A stretch of 64,000 nucleotides of DNA from Alphaproteobacteria bacterium (GCA_016927735.1 JAFGMC010000012.1:13093-77092), one strand, 5' to 3'; shown: positions 29,351-41,011, counted from the first letter of the stretch. Program-made: numbers and translations. The notes: a model not told the origin generated them from the letters alone.

Positions 29351-29427
29351 TGGTGGATGTTGAGGGACTCGAACCCCCGACCCTCTCGGTGTAAACGAGA
29401 TGCTCTAGCCAACTGAGCTAAACATCC
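29351..29427 (-). tRNA. tRNA-Val (anticodon TAC), CCA encoded
   Basis: Reverse complement folds as a cloverleaf. Acceptor GGATGTT/AACATCC, anticodon stem TCTCG/CGAGA, loop TTTACAC, T-loop TTCGAGT. Confidence 0.9.
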
Positions 29428-29482
29428 TTAACTTAGACAAGCGAGGCTATGTTAAATTATTTTTTTTAGCTTGTCCAGATTT

Positions 29483-29782
29483 TTATTCTGGCATTGGCAT
29501 ACCAGCGGTGGCTTCGCCCATAATCTTATCAATCGTCACATCTGCCTTTGCCTTGGCGTCATTAAATGCGGCCTTGATAGTTTCTGAAACGGTTACAGCG
29601 TCTTGTTTTAATAATTCTGGGGATATTGTCAGGTTCAACAAATCATATTTACCAGACATATCAAGAATGCATTGTCCATTATTTGCGATTCCTTTTACAC
29701 TGGTTGTGGCCAGTCTATCTTGGGCAGCAGCAACTTTGCTTTGCAAGTTTTTTGCATGTTCCATCAATGATCCCATATCCAT
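29483..29782 (-). CDS. ybaB: Nucleoid-associated protein YbaB/EbfC
   Basis: About 100 aa. The N-terminal MEHAKNLQSKVAAAQDRL... pattern and overall layout are typical of YbaB. Confidence 0.8.
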   Translation of the reverse strand: MDMGSLMEHAKNLQSKVAAAQDRLATTSVKGIANNGQCILDMSGKYDLLNLTISPELLKQDAVTVSETIKAAFNDAKAKADVTIDKIMGEATAGMPMPE

Positions 29783-29829
29783 TTTATATACCCCATTATA
29801 TTAAAAAGTTAAAAGATATAAGGTTACCC

Positions 29830-32001
29830 TTATTCTTTTACTTCTTTACCTGTTTTTTGATCAATACCAACCATACTCATTTTGGTTTTGCCGCGTTTAT
29901 CAGCACCAAGGTATTTTACAAATACTTTGTCACCTTCTTTTAACTTGGCCTCTTCAATTTTTTCCATACGTTTTCCAGTAATTTCAGAGATATGAACCAT
30001 AGCTTCGAATCCACTCATAATCTTTACAAACAATCCGAAATCTTTCATACCACTGATTACACCTTCGTAAATTTGACCAACTTCTGGTTCGGCAGTAATT
30101 TCTTTGATACGTGCAATTGCATCATCAGCCTGCTCTTTGGAAGTTGCCATAATTTTAACAGTGCCATCATCTGTTAAATCAATCTGAGTACCTGTTTCGC
30201 GGGTCAAAGCCTGTATAACACTGCCACCCTTGCCAATAACTTCACGAATTTTGTCTGGATTAATTTTCATTGTATAGCATTGTGGTGCAAATTCAGACAC
30301 GTTCTTACGTGGTGCTTTGATTGCATTTTCAATCTTGCCCAAGATATGTACACGGCCATCTTTTGCCTGTGCCAACGCTTTTTCCATGATTTCAAAAGTA
30401 ATGGATGTAATTTTAATATCCATCTGCACTGCAGTGATACCACGATCTGTACCCGTCACTTTAAAGTCCATATCACCAAGATGATCTTCATCACCCAAGA
30501 TATCTGTCAAAACAGCGTAATCATCACCTTCTTTGATTAATCCCATTGCGATACCTGCAACTGGACGTTTCAATGGCACACCACCATCCATCATGGCCAA
30601 TGTTGCGCCACATGTTGTTGCCATAGAAGATGAACCATTTGATTCTAATACATCAGAAACGATACGAATTACATAGTCAAATTCACTGCGAGATGGAACC
30701 ATTGGATGAATCGCGCGCCATGCCAAATTTCCATGACCAATTTCACGACGTCCTGGGGATCTTAACATTTTCGCTTCACCAACAGAAAATCCAGGGAAAT
30801 TATAGTTCAAAAAGAAATCCATTTCTTCCTGACCATCCATAGATTCCAAAGGTAATGCATCTTTACCACCACCCAAGGTCAATGTTACCAAAGCCTGTGT
30901 TTCACCGCGTGTGAACAATGCAGAACCGTGTGCACGTGGCAATACACCCAATTCAATTTCAATTGGACGAACTGTTTTATTATCACGACCATCAATACGT
31001 GGTTTACCAGCCAATATATTTCCACGCATAATGCGTGCAGTCAATCCATCAATAACTTCGGTTGCCCATGAATTCAATGTCGAAGCTGCTGTTGTTGATT
31101 CTGGTAATAATTCTGCAATACGTGATTTCGCTTTTTTGCCAATTTCGGACAAAGTTTCCAAGCGTCCCATTTTCTCTTTGATTCCCAAAGCATTTTCAAT
31201 TTCACCAGCGAACTGTTCGAAATCTTTTTCCAATGCGATATATTCATCAGAATGAACTGGTGTTGCCCATGCTTCTTTACCAACCTTTTCAGCCAATTCA
31301 TTAATTGCCTTAATAACAGCCTGTTGTGCATCGAAACCAAATTTTACTGCGCCCAAGGTTGTTTTTTCATCCAATTCGCCGATTTCGGATTCAACCATTA
31401 AAACACCGTCTTTTGTTGCTGCAACAACCATGTCCATTTCTGAATCAACAGTTTGTTTCTTTGAAGGATTCAATACATATGCGCCATCCATATAACCAAC
31501 GCGCGCTGCACCAATTGGTCCAGCAAAAGGAACGCCAGACAATGCCAATGCTGCACTTGATGCAATCATAGCCAAAATGTCTGGTTGATTCTTTTTATCG
31601 TATGAGAAAACCTCTACTGTGATTTGAACTTTGTTTTTAAAAGTTTCTGGAAACAGTGGACGCAACGGACGATCAATCATACGCGCAATCAATGTTTCTG
31701 CGTTTGATGGTCTGCCTTCGCGGCGATCACGTGATCCTGGTATACGACCAGCACTTGCAAATTTTTCTTGATAATCAACGGTCAGGGGAAAGAAATCTTG
31801 TCCTTCAACCGCTGTTTTTTCAGCACAAACTGCTGCCAAAACCATTGTTCCGCCCAATGTTGCCATAATACTGCCGTTTGCTTGCTTTGCAAATCGTCCA
31901 GTTTCAAGGCGCAGCGTTTCATCACCGAATGGGATTTCAACTGCGACCGGATTATTCAAACCAGTCTGTTCGTCTTTTTTATTAAATAAACCAAATAACA
32001 T
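29830..32001 (-). CDS. pnp: Polyribonucleotide nucleotidyltransferase (PNPase)
   Basis: Two RNase PH domains, KH (IGKGGSVIQAL) and S1 (GQIYEGVISGMKDFGLFV). Downstream of rpsO. Confidence 0.95.
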   Translation of the reverse strand: MLFGLFNKKDEQTGLNNPVAVEIPFGDETLRLETGRFAKQANGSIMATLGGTMVLAAVCAEKTAVEGQDFFPLTVDYQEKFASAGRIPGSRDRREGRPSNAETLIARMIDRPLRPLFPETFKNKVQITVEVFSYDKKNQPDILAMIASSAALALSGVPFAGPIGAARVGYMDGAYVLNPSKKQTVDSEMDMVVAATKDGVLMVESEIGELDEKTTLGAVKFGFDAQQAVIKAINELAEKVGKEAWATPVHSDEYIALEKDFEQFAGEIENALGIKEKMGRLETLSEIGKKAKSRIAELLPESTTAASTLNSWATEVIDGLTARIMRGNILAGKPRIDGRDNKTVRPIEIELGVLPRAHGSALFTRGETQALVTLTLGGGKDALPLESMDGQEEMDFFLNYNFPGFSVGEAKMLRSPGRREIGHGNLAWRAIHPMVPSRSEFDYVIRIVSDVLESNGSSSMATTCGATLAMMDGGVPLKRPVAGIAMGLIKEGDDYAVLTDILGDEDHLGDMDFKVTGTDRGITAVQMDIKITSITFEIMEKALAQAKDGRVHILGKIENAIKAPRKNVSEFAPQCYTMKINPDKIREVIGKGGSVIQALTRETGTQIDLTDDGTVKIMATSKEQADDAIARIKEITAEPEVGQIYEGVISGMKDFGLFVKIMSGFEAMVHISEITGKRMEKIEEAKLKEGDKVFVKYLGADKRGKTKMSMVGIDQKTGKEVKE

Positions 32002-32154
32002 TATTTTTTCTCCATTTTGTTATTATTAACCACGGGCACCTTGCCCATATACTGGAGAAAAATCATTCGTCATTGCGCCCTTTGGTAGTCGCAAAAAGGA
32101 ATAATCTTCTCTCCAACCTTTTGATTATATAGCATAAATCTACGTTTGCAAATA

Positions 32155-32178
32155 AAAACCCGCACACAGCGGGATTTT
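32155..32178 (-). terminator. rpsO terminator/attenuator hairpin ahead of the pnp leader
   Basis: On the minus strand: CCCGC-TGTGT-GCGGG followed by T5. Confidence 0.7.
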
Positions 32179-32182
32179 ATTA

Positions 32183-32455
32183 TTATTTACGCAGACCCAG
32201 TTTTTTAATCAAGTCTTCGTATTCGCTTACATTATTTTTCTTAATATAAGACAATAATTTTTTACGACGATTAACCATCAACAACAGACCACGTTTTGAA
32301 TGTTGATCTTTTTTGTTAAATTTCATATGTTCTGTCAGGTTATTAATACGTTCTGTTAAAACCGCAACCTGGGCTGCAGATGAACCACCGTTATCAACAT
32401 CTGATATTTTGAACTGGCTAATCAGTTCTGTTTTTTTTACTTTTGTAATGGACAT
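32183..32455 (-). CDS. rpsO: 30S ribosomal protein S15
   Basis: 90 aa with the HLKxNKKDxHSxRGLLxMVxxRRxLLxYL signature. Confidence 0.95.
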   Translation of the reverse strand: MSITKVKKTELISQFKISDVDNGGSSAAQVAVLTERINNLTEHMKFNKKDQHSKRGLLLMVNRRKKLLSYIKKNNVSEYEDLIKKLGLRK

Positions 32456-32467
32456 TGCATTTCCTTT

Positions 32468-33340
32468 TTATTTTATTGTTCGTTTTGGCTTCAGCAAACC
32501 ATTCTCAGACTTTCCTATTCCGATAAATTTATCACCGGAATAAACACGGATTAGCCCAGAATCACCTGCTTCTGCCATTTCGATAAATCCGCCATTTTTA
32601 TATAATTTGACATCTTTATCATCCAGATTAAGAACCGGAATGTCCCCCAGTCCAAAATCAACTGACTTCAAATATTCTTCAAAGTTCCCGCCATTATTAA
32701 CTAAACTTTCTAAAAAATCAAGTTTTACAGTATCTTTTATTTCTAGACCATTTGTTTTTTCGCGCCGTATCATATCAACAGTCGCCAATGTCCCGCACAA
32801 CTTTGCGATATCACGCGCGATACTCCGAACATAAGTTCCCGGCGAGCAAACGACACGAAATATCCAAGATTTTTCACCGATCTCTAATAATTCCAGGTTT
32901 TCTATTTTGACACGTCTGGGGGGTATTTCAAAGATTTTCCCCGCTCTTGCCAGTTTATGAGCACGCTGACCACCGATATGCACGGCGGAATACTGTGGTG
33001 GAATCTGGTCTGCTTCACCAATCAACTTTTTACACGCGTCCAAAACTTGTTTTTTTGTTGGAATGATAAGTCTATCACAAAATATCTGACCTGTAATATC
33101 AAGAGTGTCGGTTTCAAAACCCCATTGAACACCAAACATATATTCTTTGTTTTGACCATCTTTCCAAAACGGTATCATTTTTGTAGCGTCACCCAGCGCA
33201 ATAGGCAGTAATCCAGAAGCCATTGGATCCAATGTTCCAATATGACCAAAAGTTTTCACATCGAATATATTACGCAAAATATTACCAGCTTTGCGACTAT
33301 TCATACCTTCCGGCTTATCCAAGATTATCCATCCGTCCAT
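32468..33340 (-). CDS. truB: tRNA pseudouridine-55 synthase
   Basis: GHIGTLDPMASGLLPI catalytic motif. Conserved truB-rpsO-pnp order. Confidence 0.9.
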   Translation of the reverse strand: MDGWIILDKPEGMNSRKAGNILRNIFDVKTFGHIGTLDPMASGLLPIALGDATKMIPFWKDGQNKEYMFGVQWGFETDTLDITGQIFCDRLIIPTKKQVLDACKKLIGEADQIPPQYSAVHIGGQRAHKLARAGKIFEIPPRRVKIENLELLEIGEKSWIFRVVCSPGTYVRSIARDIAKLCGTLATVDMIRREKTNGLEIKDTVKLDFLESLVNNGGNFEEYLKSVDFGLGDIPVLNLDDKDVKLYKNGGFIEMAEAGDSGLIRVYSGDKFIGIGKSENGLLKPKRTIK

Positions 33341-33422
33341 TTATTTTCTTTTATTATTAATCCAACAATAATAACTATCACTTATTATTTTGCCACCTTT
33401 GCCACCATTTTTATTAAATGCA

Positions 33423-33884
33423 TTATCTATTATTTTTTTTTGAAGGTATATTATCTGTATAACAACTAATACAAATCTGTTTTAATCCTAATTTTTCTGC
33501 TTTCTTAAATAATAATTCCAGCATATTTGTTCCATAGCCCATTTTACGCTTGTTGGGGCGAACATCATAACCAACATGTCCGAAATTCTCTGCTTGTTTT
33601 TTTGTTATATTAGGACGCAATCTTATTGTACCGATATATTCTTCGTTATCTATTAACCAATATGTTATGGAACTGGAATATCCGGGTTTTAAATTTATTC
33701 CGTTTGCTTCATCTTTTATTGTTTGTATATAATTATCAAATTCTTTATCAGACATGCCAAACATTTCAGCATATTCTTTATCTTGAGTACTTTTATTTTT
33801 TAACTTTTTGTATCCTTTGATTGCTGATAAAAAACTTTCTTTATATTTTTTATTTGGTATTACAAGTTTCATTTTATTCCTCAA
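33423..33884 (-). CDS. GNAT-family N-acetyltransferase (COG3981-like), apparently truncated by a frameshift in an A9 tract
   Basis: GHVGYDVRPNKRKMGYGTNMLELLFKKAEKLG acetyl-CoA-binding region. The ORF stops just after an A9 run; an alternative frame continues to 33341. Confidence 0.65.
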   Translation of the reverse strand: MRNKMKLVIPNKKYKESFLSAIKGYKKLKNKSTQDKEYAEMFGMSDKEFDNYIQTIKDEANGINLKPGYSSSITYWLIDNEEYIGTIRLRPNITKKQAENFGHVGYDVRPNKRKMGYGTNMLELLFKKAEKLGLKQICISCYTDNIPSKKNNR

Positions 33885-36516
33885 ATAAATTTAATTGCGA
33901 TTTTTTGAATGGTTGGGCAACCTTTTCGTTATGTGGTTTTACGCCTGGTTCATCAATAATTGTTTCAATAATTTCTGGTGATACCTCTTCTATAACTTGT
34001 ACATTGTCTTCTATATGAACTTCTGATTCTGGGATTTGAAACGATTTGCTTTCCAGTCCTTCCAACACCTGCTCTGCACGAAGTACAACTGATTTTGGAA
34101 TACCAGCCATTTTTGCAACATGTATTCCATAAGACCTGTTTGCAACACCGGGTATTATTTTGTGCATAAAGATAATTTCATTATTATGTTCACGAACATC
34201 AATTGTCAGACACTGAACCGATTTTAATCCGTCTTTATCATTAACTAAGTGGGTCAATTCATGATAATGTGTTGCAAATAATGTTCTGGGTTTTAATTTA
34301 TTTAAAAATTCTAACACCGCTTGGGCAATTGCCATCCCGTCATAGGTTGCAGTACCACGTCCAATTTCATCAAATATAATAAATGACTTTTCAGTTGCGC
34401 GATTCAAAATATTTGCAGTCTCTTTCATTTCAACCATGAATGTTGATTGTCCAGCCGCCAAATTATCAGACGCACCAACACGTGAAAATAATTGATCACA
34501 AATTCCAATAGTCGCAGAGATAGCTGGAACAAAAGACCCAAGGTGCGCCAGAACAACAATCAAAGCATTCTGACGCAAATATGTCGATTTACCAGCCATA
34601 TTTGGACCTGTCAACAATGCGATATTTTTATTATTTAACTCACAGTCATTCTTAACAAATTTATCCCCATGGGAATTCAACACTGATTCGATAACCGGAT
34701 GACGACCAGAACGAACATCAAATTCAACAGAATCTGTCATTTTCGGTCGAACCCAAGAATATTCATTTACACAAATTGCCAGCGCATGCCAAACATCCAC
34801 ATCCGCAATCAGTTCAGCACTGTTCAATAAATCGTCCGATATTTCACGAATTTCTTCGATAAGATTGGTTACTATTTCTGATTCTATTCCGGCTGCTTTT
34901 TCAGCAGCACTGCGGACATCGTTATCCAAATCAATCAGTTTTGATGTCGTAAATCGCATATTTCCAGACATTGTTTGACGATGAATAAAACCATTTTCTG
35001 GCTTCATCAAAATATCTGCACGAAGACTCGGCACTTCTATAAAATATCCCAAAATATTATTATATTTAATTTTAAGTGTATTAATACCTGTCTGGTTTAC
35101 ATATTCGGATTGTAATGCCGCAATAGTTTCTTTGGCACCATTTGCCAATTTCTTCATATTATCTAAACTGGGATCAAATCCGCTGCGAATTACACCGCCA
35201 TCACGAAAGAATGTTGGCAGTTCATCGCTTAACGCGAACTTTAATTTTCCAGCCAAAGAATCGTGAATATTTATATTCACAAATTTAGCCGCCAAATCTG
35301 AATCTAACTTGCTCCCGATTATTTTGATATCTGGCAACATAATAACAAAGTCTGAAACATGACGTAAATCACGTGGCGTTCCACGACCCGATAATAATCT
35401 TGATAACGATCGTCCAACATCTGGAACACGTGTTAAACCCTGTGACAACATGCCCATAATTTCGGGATTTAAAACCATATGACCAATATGTTCTTGGCGA
35501 CGACGAATTACACCAATATCACCAGACAATGTACGTAAATATGAACGCAGACGACGTGCACCAGCCGATGTTTTTGTTTTATCCAAAATATCTATCAGGC
35601 ATTTGCCACCCTCATTTATAGCAGAATCAATTTCCAAGCTTTTCCAAGTGGCCGAATCTATCAATAATTGTTTCCCGGCCTTGAAACTGTACGGTGTTCG
35701 AAATGCAATACTGGTACCGCGTTGTGTATTAAATAAATACCCTGCCAGCAGCGCTACAACATTGTCTGATATTTTGCCATTATTATCAGAATCTTTCTTG
35801 TAATAATTATCCAAACTTTGTCCGAAAACCTTGGAAACAATTTGACCTATATCGGCACGATTATAAAGTTTTTCATAAACTGGTGTTGTTTTAAATACAT
35901 CGCGCAGATGTCCAATATCTTTATATTCTGCCAGATTTTCAGGATAAATTATTTCGGCTGGGGCGATTCGAACCATATCATCCATAATACTTTCTGACGC
36001 GCCTATAAAAAACTCACCCGTGGAAATATCACAACCAGCAATATCAAATTTAGAATTTTGCCCACTTGTCACTGCAACCAAAAAGTTTGATTTTTTTGGA
36101 CTTAATAAATTTTCATCTGTCAGTGTTCCAGGGGTCAAAACACGGACAACCTTTCTTTCTATAAACTTGCGACCTTTTTTCTTTGCTTCTGCTGGGGTTT
36201 CCATTTGTTCAACCAATGCAACCTTAAACCCTTCACGAACCAGACGACCAAAATAGTTATCAGCGGCATGCCATGGAATTCCACACATTGGAATATCATT
36301 ATCAGACAAATCTTTTCCGCGATGCGTTAATACCAAACCAAGAGTGTGGCTTACAGTTTTAGCGTCTTCGAAAAAAACCTCGTAAAAATCACCCAGACGA
36401 AACATTAAAATTGCATCGGGGTTTTCGGATTTCATGTCTACATACTGCTGCATAACAGGTGTAAGTTTACTATTCTGATTCAAATCTCTGCCTCGTATAG
36501 CTTTATTTGTTAGCAA
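33874..36516 (-). CDS. mutS: DNA mismatch repair protein MutS
   Basis: N-terminal TPVMQQY..FRLGDFYEVF and Walker A LLTGPNMAGKSTYLRQ. Full domain set. The only in-frame start upstream of the conserved N-terminus is TTG at 36516. Confidence 0.9.
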   Translation of the reverse strand: MLTNKAIRGRDLNQNSKLTPVMQQYVDMKSENPDAILMFRLGDFYEVFFEDAKTVSHTLGLVLTHRGKDLSDNDIPMCGIPWHAADNYFGRLVREGFKVALVEQMETPAEAKKKGRKFIERKVVRVLTPGTLTDENLLSPKKSNFLVAVTSGQNSKFDIAGCDISTGEFFIGASESIMDDMVRIAPAEIIYPENLAEYKDIGHLRDVFKTTPVYEKLYNRADIGQIVSKVFGQSLDNYYKKDSDNNGKISDNVVALLAGYLFNTQRGTSIAFRTPYSFKAGKQLLIDSATWKSLEIDSAINEGGKCLIDILDKTKTSAGARRLRSYLRTLSGDIGVIRRRQEHIGHMVLNPEIMGMLSQGLTRVPDVGRSLSRLLSGRGTPRDLRHVSDFVIMLPDIKIIGSKLDSDLAAKFVNINIHDSLAGKLKFALSDELPTFFRDGGVIRSGFDPSLDNMKKLANGAKETIAALQSEYVNQTGINTLKIKYNNILGYFIEVPSLRADILMKPENGFIHRQTMSGNMRFTTSKLIDLDNDVRSAAEKAAGIESEIVTNLIEEIREISDDLLNSAELIADVDVWHALAICVNEYSWVRPKMTDSVEFDVRSGRHPVIESVLNSHGDKFVKNDCELNNKNIALLTGPNMAGKSTYLRQNALIVVLAHLGSFVPAISATIGICDQLFSRVGASDNLAAGQSTFMVEMKETANILNRATEKSFIIFDEIGRGTATYDGMAIAQAVLEFLNKLKPRTLFATHYHELTHLVNDKDGLKSVQCLTIDVREHNNEIIFMHKIIPGVANRSYGIHVAKMAGIPKSVVLRAEQVLEGLESKSFQIPESEVHIEDNVQVIEEVSPEIIETIIDEPGVKPHNEKVAQPFKKSQLNLFEE

Positions 36517-36694
36517 TTGTTGATATTTTAAGTTCGGCCTCTTTCAACAACTGTTCACAAAAAGCCTTTAATTTTATACCTTTTTCGTACGCTGCGACAG
36601 AATCAGCCAACGGCATTTCGCCAGATTCCATTTTCTTTACTATTTCAGTTAATTGTTTATATGCGTCTTCAAAAGATAACTTTTCTTTTTCCAT
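36503..36694 (-). CDS. xseB: Exodeoxyribonuclease VII small subunit
   Basis: SFEDAYKQLTEIVKKMESGEMPLADSVAAYEKGIKL pattern. SD AAAGGA precedes ATG 36694. Overlaps the mutS start by 14 nt. Confidence 0.8.
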   Translation of the reverse strand: MEKEKLSFEDAYKQLTEIVKKMESGEMPLADSVAAYEKGIKLKAFCEQLLKEAELKISTIANK

Positions 36695-36763
36695 TTTAAA
36701 TCCTTTAGTTATATTGACTATACAGTACAAAAAGAAAAAAGAAAAATCAATAAATCAAACATA

Positions 36764-36790
36764 AAAAAACGCGCCGTTGGCGCGCTTTTT

Positions 36791-36792
<2 letters not shown>
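36764..36792 (-). terminator. Rho-independent terminator of mreB
   Basis: On the minus strand: A-run-GCGCGCC-AAC-GGCGCG-T7. Confidence 0.7.
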
Positions 36793-37924
<1,132 letters not shown>

Positions 37925-37950
37925 TTATTTGCTTATACGATAAATCTGTT

Positions 37951-38298
37951 ATGATTAAAGGTATGAGAAGTACTATAAGAAAACATTCTGATTTTATAAT
38001 GCCAGAAAATTGTGCAACCGCAAAGACGCCCTTGTTTATTGCCAAGGCACGAAAAACTATATTCCCAAATGATGCCCGTTATGGGTTAATTACCACAAAA
38101 AAAACATTTCGTCTGGCTGTAAATCGTAACAGGGCAAAGCGACTTTTACGTGTATGGTTATTTGAGAATAAATCTTTGTTAAATCCTGAACTTGATTATA
38201 TTTTTATTGCCAGAACACCTATTTTGAACACATTAAAACCAAATGGTGTCGCATTTATGAAAGAAGCATTAGAATCACTGGATAAACAAAATGACTAA
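37951..38298 (+). CDS. rnpA: RNase P protein component
   Basis: RLAVNRNRAKRLLR (RNR motif). The long track ORF from 37642 overlaps mreB and was trimmed to ATG 37951. Confidence 0.8.
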   Translation: MIKGMRSTIRKHSDFIMPENCATAKTPLFIAKARKTIFPNDARYGLITTKKTFRLAVNRNRAKRLLRVWLFENKSLLNPELDYIFIARTPILNTLKPNGVAFMKEALESLDKQND

Positions 38299-38542
38299 TG
38301 TTAAACCAAATACAATTTCGCACTTCGTTAGAAAATTCGCACTGTTTCTAATACAGACCTATCAGATATTAATTTCACCGTTTACTGGGGGTCGTGCGGT
38401 TTGCAGATTTACCCCAACCTGCAGCGAATACACAAAACAGGCTATTAAGAAATATGGTATAATTCGCGGTGGTATTATGGGTGCAAAAAGAATTTCAAGA
38501 TGTCGTCCAGGGGGTGGTTTCGGATTTGATCCTGTCCCTTGA
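38291..38542 (+). CDS. yidD: Membrane protein insertion efficiency factor YidD
   Basis: CRFTPTCSEYTKQAIKKYG...RCRPGGGFGFDPVP. Overlaps the rnpA end. Confidence 0.9.
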   Translation: MTNVKPNTISHFVRKFALFLIQTYQILISPFTGGRAVCRFTPTCSEYTKQAIKKYGIIRGGIMGAKRISRCRPGGGFGFDPVP

Positions 38543-38596
38543 CATCTGTCTTGGTTATGTTAAAATTCATTCTGCACAAAATAAAAGGATATAAAA

Positions 38597-39049
38597 ATGT
38601 CATTTCGCGCAACTGTTGAATCCATGTCTAAAATTATGGATGAAATGGGTATAACAGAACTAGATCTAGAAAGACAATTCTTATTCGGTGTTTATCGTAA
38701 ACATATTCACCTATCTAAACAAAATAATTCAAATAATATAACAATGCCAAACTTCCCTGTTGCTGCCCCAATAAAGGCAAATATAGAGGTTACAACAGAT
38801 ACTGCAAACACCAGTGGATTTGCTTTAAAATCTCCAATGGTTGGTGTTGCATATTTAGCACCAGAACCTGGTGCAAAAACATTCACATCTGTTGGGGCAA
38901 AAATCAAGGCTGGCGATACAGTTGCTTTGATTGAAGCTATGAAAACATTTAACCCAATCAAATCTGACCGTGACGGTATTGTAAAAGAAATACTGGTTAC
39001 TGACAGTCAGGCGGTTGAGTTTGATCAACCTTTGATTATTATTGAATAA
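38597..39049 (+). CDS. accB: Biotin carboxyl carrier protein of acetyl-CoA carboxylase
   Basis: C-terminal biotinyl domain with EAMKTFNPI (biotinyl-Lys motif). Upstream of accC. Confidence 0.9.
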   Translation: MSFRATVESMSKIMDEMGITELDLERQFLFGVYRKHIHLSKQNNSNNITMPNFPVAAPIKANIEVTTDTANTSGFALKSPMVGVAYLAPEPGAKTFTSVGAKIKAGDTVALIEAMKTFNPIKSDRDGIVKEILVTDSQAVEFDQPLIIIE

Positions 39050-39119
39050 TATTTAAGAGGAAAGTGAACAAAGAAAGAGCTGATTATTAGCTTTTTCTTT
39101 TGCTCTCACTTCTAAAAAA

Positions 39120-40517
39120 ATGCAAAAAATCAAAAAAGTACTAATTGCTAATCGTGGGGAGATTGCCCTGCGTATTATACGCGCATGTCGTGATATGGGA
39201 ATCAGAACCGTTGCGGTTCATTCAACTATTGATCGTAATGCAACACATGTAAGAATAGCTGACGAATCTGTTTGTATTGGGCCAGGACCTGCCAAAGATT
39301 CTTATTTAAATGAATCTGCAATTCTGACAGCAGCTCTGCTGACCAATTCTGATGCGATTCATCCTGGGTATGGTTTTTTATCAGAACGTGCAAGCTTTGT
39401 TGAAAAGGTTGAACAACATGGACTGATTTGGGTTGGACCAACAGCTGCAATGATTGTTAAAATGGGTGACAAGGTTAATGCCAAGAAAACTGCTGTTGAA
39501 TGTGGTTTGCCTGTTGTCCCTGGCTCTGATGGTGCAGTCAGAACTTTAGAAGAAGCTTTATCATGGGGCGAAAAAATTGGCTATCCTGTTATGTTAAAGG
39601 CATCTGCTGGTGGCGGTGGTAAGGGTATGCGTCCAGTAGCCAGTGCCAATGAAATGGCAGAGGCATTTCAGATGACAAAAAATGAAGCGCGTGCCGGTTT
39701 TGGTGATGATACTTTATACATGGAAAAACTGTTATTACACCCACGTCATATTGAATTTCAGGTTTTAGGTGATAATCACGGTGGTGTGGTTATTTTCGGC
39801 GAACGCGATTGTTCCCTGCAACGTAAAAACCAAAAAGTTATGGAAGAATGCCCAGCGTCGGCACTTAACCAAAAACAACGTGATGATATGATAGAGGTTT
39901 GTAAGACAGCTGCCAAAAAAATGGGGTATACCAATGCTGGAACATTTGAATTTATGTTCGAAGACGGAAAATTTTATTTCTTGGAAATGAATACACGTCT
40001 GCAGGTTGAACATCCAGTCACAGAAATGGTTTATGGTGTTGATCTGGTTCGTGAACAAATACGAATCGCAGATGGTGAAAAATTGGGTTACAGCCAGGCA
40101 AATATAGTACCATCTGGTCATGCAATTGAATTCAGAATTAATGCCGAAGATCCAGAAACATTTGTACCAAATCCTGGGAATATAACACTTTATTCTCCAT
40201 CTGGCGGATTGGGTGTACGTGTGGATTCTGCTGTTTATACTGGATATGTAATCCCACCAACATATGATTCTATGATTGCAAAATTGATTGTTTATGCGCC
40301 AAACAGACCGGCCTGTATTATGCGTGCTGGGCGCGCACTGGATGAATTTGTAATCGAAGGAATTAAAACAACAATTCCATTACAACAAAGATTATTAAGA
40401 AACAAAGATGTAAAAACTTTGAATTTTGACAATCATTGGTTGGAAACATTCTTGAAAAATTCCGATGCAAAAACAGAACTGGCAGAGCATGAAAAAAGCG
40501 AAGAAGAATCTGAATAA
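39120..40517 (+). CDS. accC: Biotin carboxylase
   Basis: [21 protein letters not shown]-grasp [22 protein letters not shown]. Confidence 0.95.
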   Translation: MQKIKKVLIANRGEIALRIIRACRDMGIRTVAVHSTIDRNATHVRIADESVCIGPGPAKDSYLNESAILTAALLTNSDAIHPGYGFLSERASFVEKVEQHGLIWVGPTAAMIVKMGDKVNAKKTAVECGLPVVPGSDGAVRTLEEALSWGEKIGYPVMLKASAGGGGKGMRPVASANEMAEAFQMTKNEARAGFGDDTLYMEKLLLHPRHIEFQVLGDNHGGVVIFGERDCSLQRKNQKVMEECPASALNQKQRDDMIEVCKTAAKKMGYTNAGTFEFMFEDGKFYFLEMNTRLQVEHPVTEMVYGVDLVREQIRIADGEKLGYSQANIVPSGHAIEFRINAEDPETFVPNPGNITLYSPSGGLGVRVDSAVYTGYVIPPTYDSMIAKLIVYAPNRPACIMRAGRALDEFVIEGIKTTIPLQQRLLRNKDVKTLNFDNHWLETFLKNSDAKTELAEHEKSEEESE

Positions 40518-40545
40518 AAAAACCGACATTTTGTCGGTTTTTATT
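40515..40545. terminator. Bidirectional Rho-independent terminator
   Basis: A-run-AACCGACA-TTT-TGTCGGTT-T-run between convergent accC and sspB. Confidence 0.75.
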
Positions 40546-41011
40546 TTTTAACTTTATCCGTTTTTTTCTTTCGAAAATCATCCAGACTGACCACCCTTTT
40601 ATCATCTGTTATTGTTTTATCTTCCAGTGGTAATTCCATATCATTACCGGCACTGGGGGCAACCTTGGGCTGAAACGATAACATAAAATCAGTGGACGGG
40701 TCTTTAAATTCAATTAATGCTGAAAAAGGTATTCTGATAAAAAATGGACGTCCATCAAAGGTTAACTGTACACCAAATTCTTTATCCGATACATTTAAAT
40801 TATTATAAGAATACTGTAAAACAACAGTCATAATATCTGGATATTTTATACGCAAAAAATCTGGTAATACAACACCTGGATCACGTGTTTTAAATGTTAT
40901 AAAAAAATGTGCACCATCGCCCAACCCATTGAATTGTGCATGAATTAATGCATCTTTTACAACTGATTTTAAAGCGTTATCTAATAATTTTTGATAGTCT
41001 ATTTTTTTCAT
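40541..41011 (-). CDS. sspB: ClpXP adaptor SspB (alpha-proteobacterial type)
   Basis: SspB fold signature (...HFFITFKTRDPGVVLPDFLRIKYPDIMTVVLQ...). A flexible linker is followed by a basic C-terminal tail SLDDFRKKK that resembles a ClpX-binding peptide. Confidence 0.65.
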   Translation of the reverse strand: MKKIDYQKLLDNALKSVVKDALIHAQFNGLGDGAHFFITFKTRDPGVVLPDFLRIKYPDIMTVVLQYSYNNLNVSDKEFGVQLTFDGRPFFIRIPFSALIEFKDPSTDFMLSFQPKVAPSAGNDMELPLEDKTITDDKRVVSLDDFRKKKTDKVKK

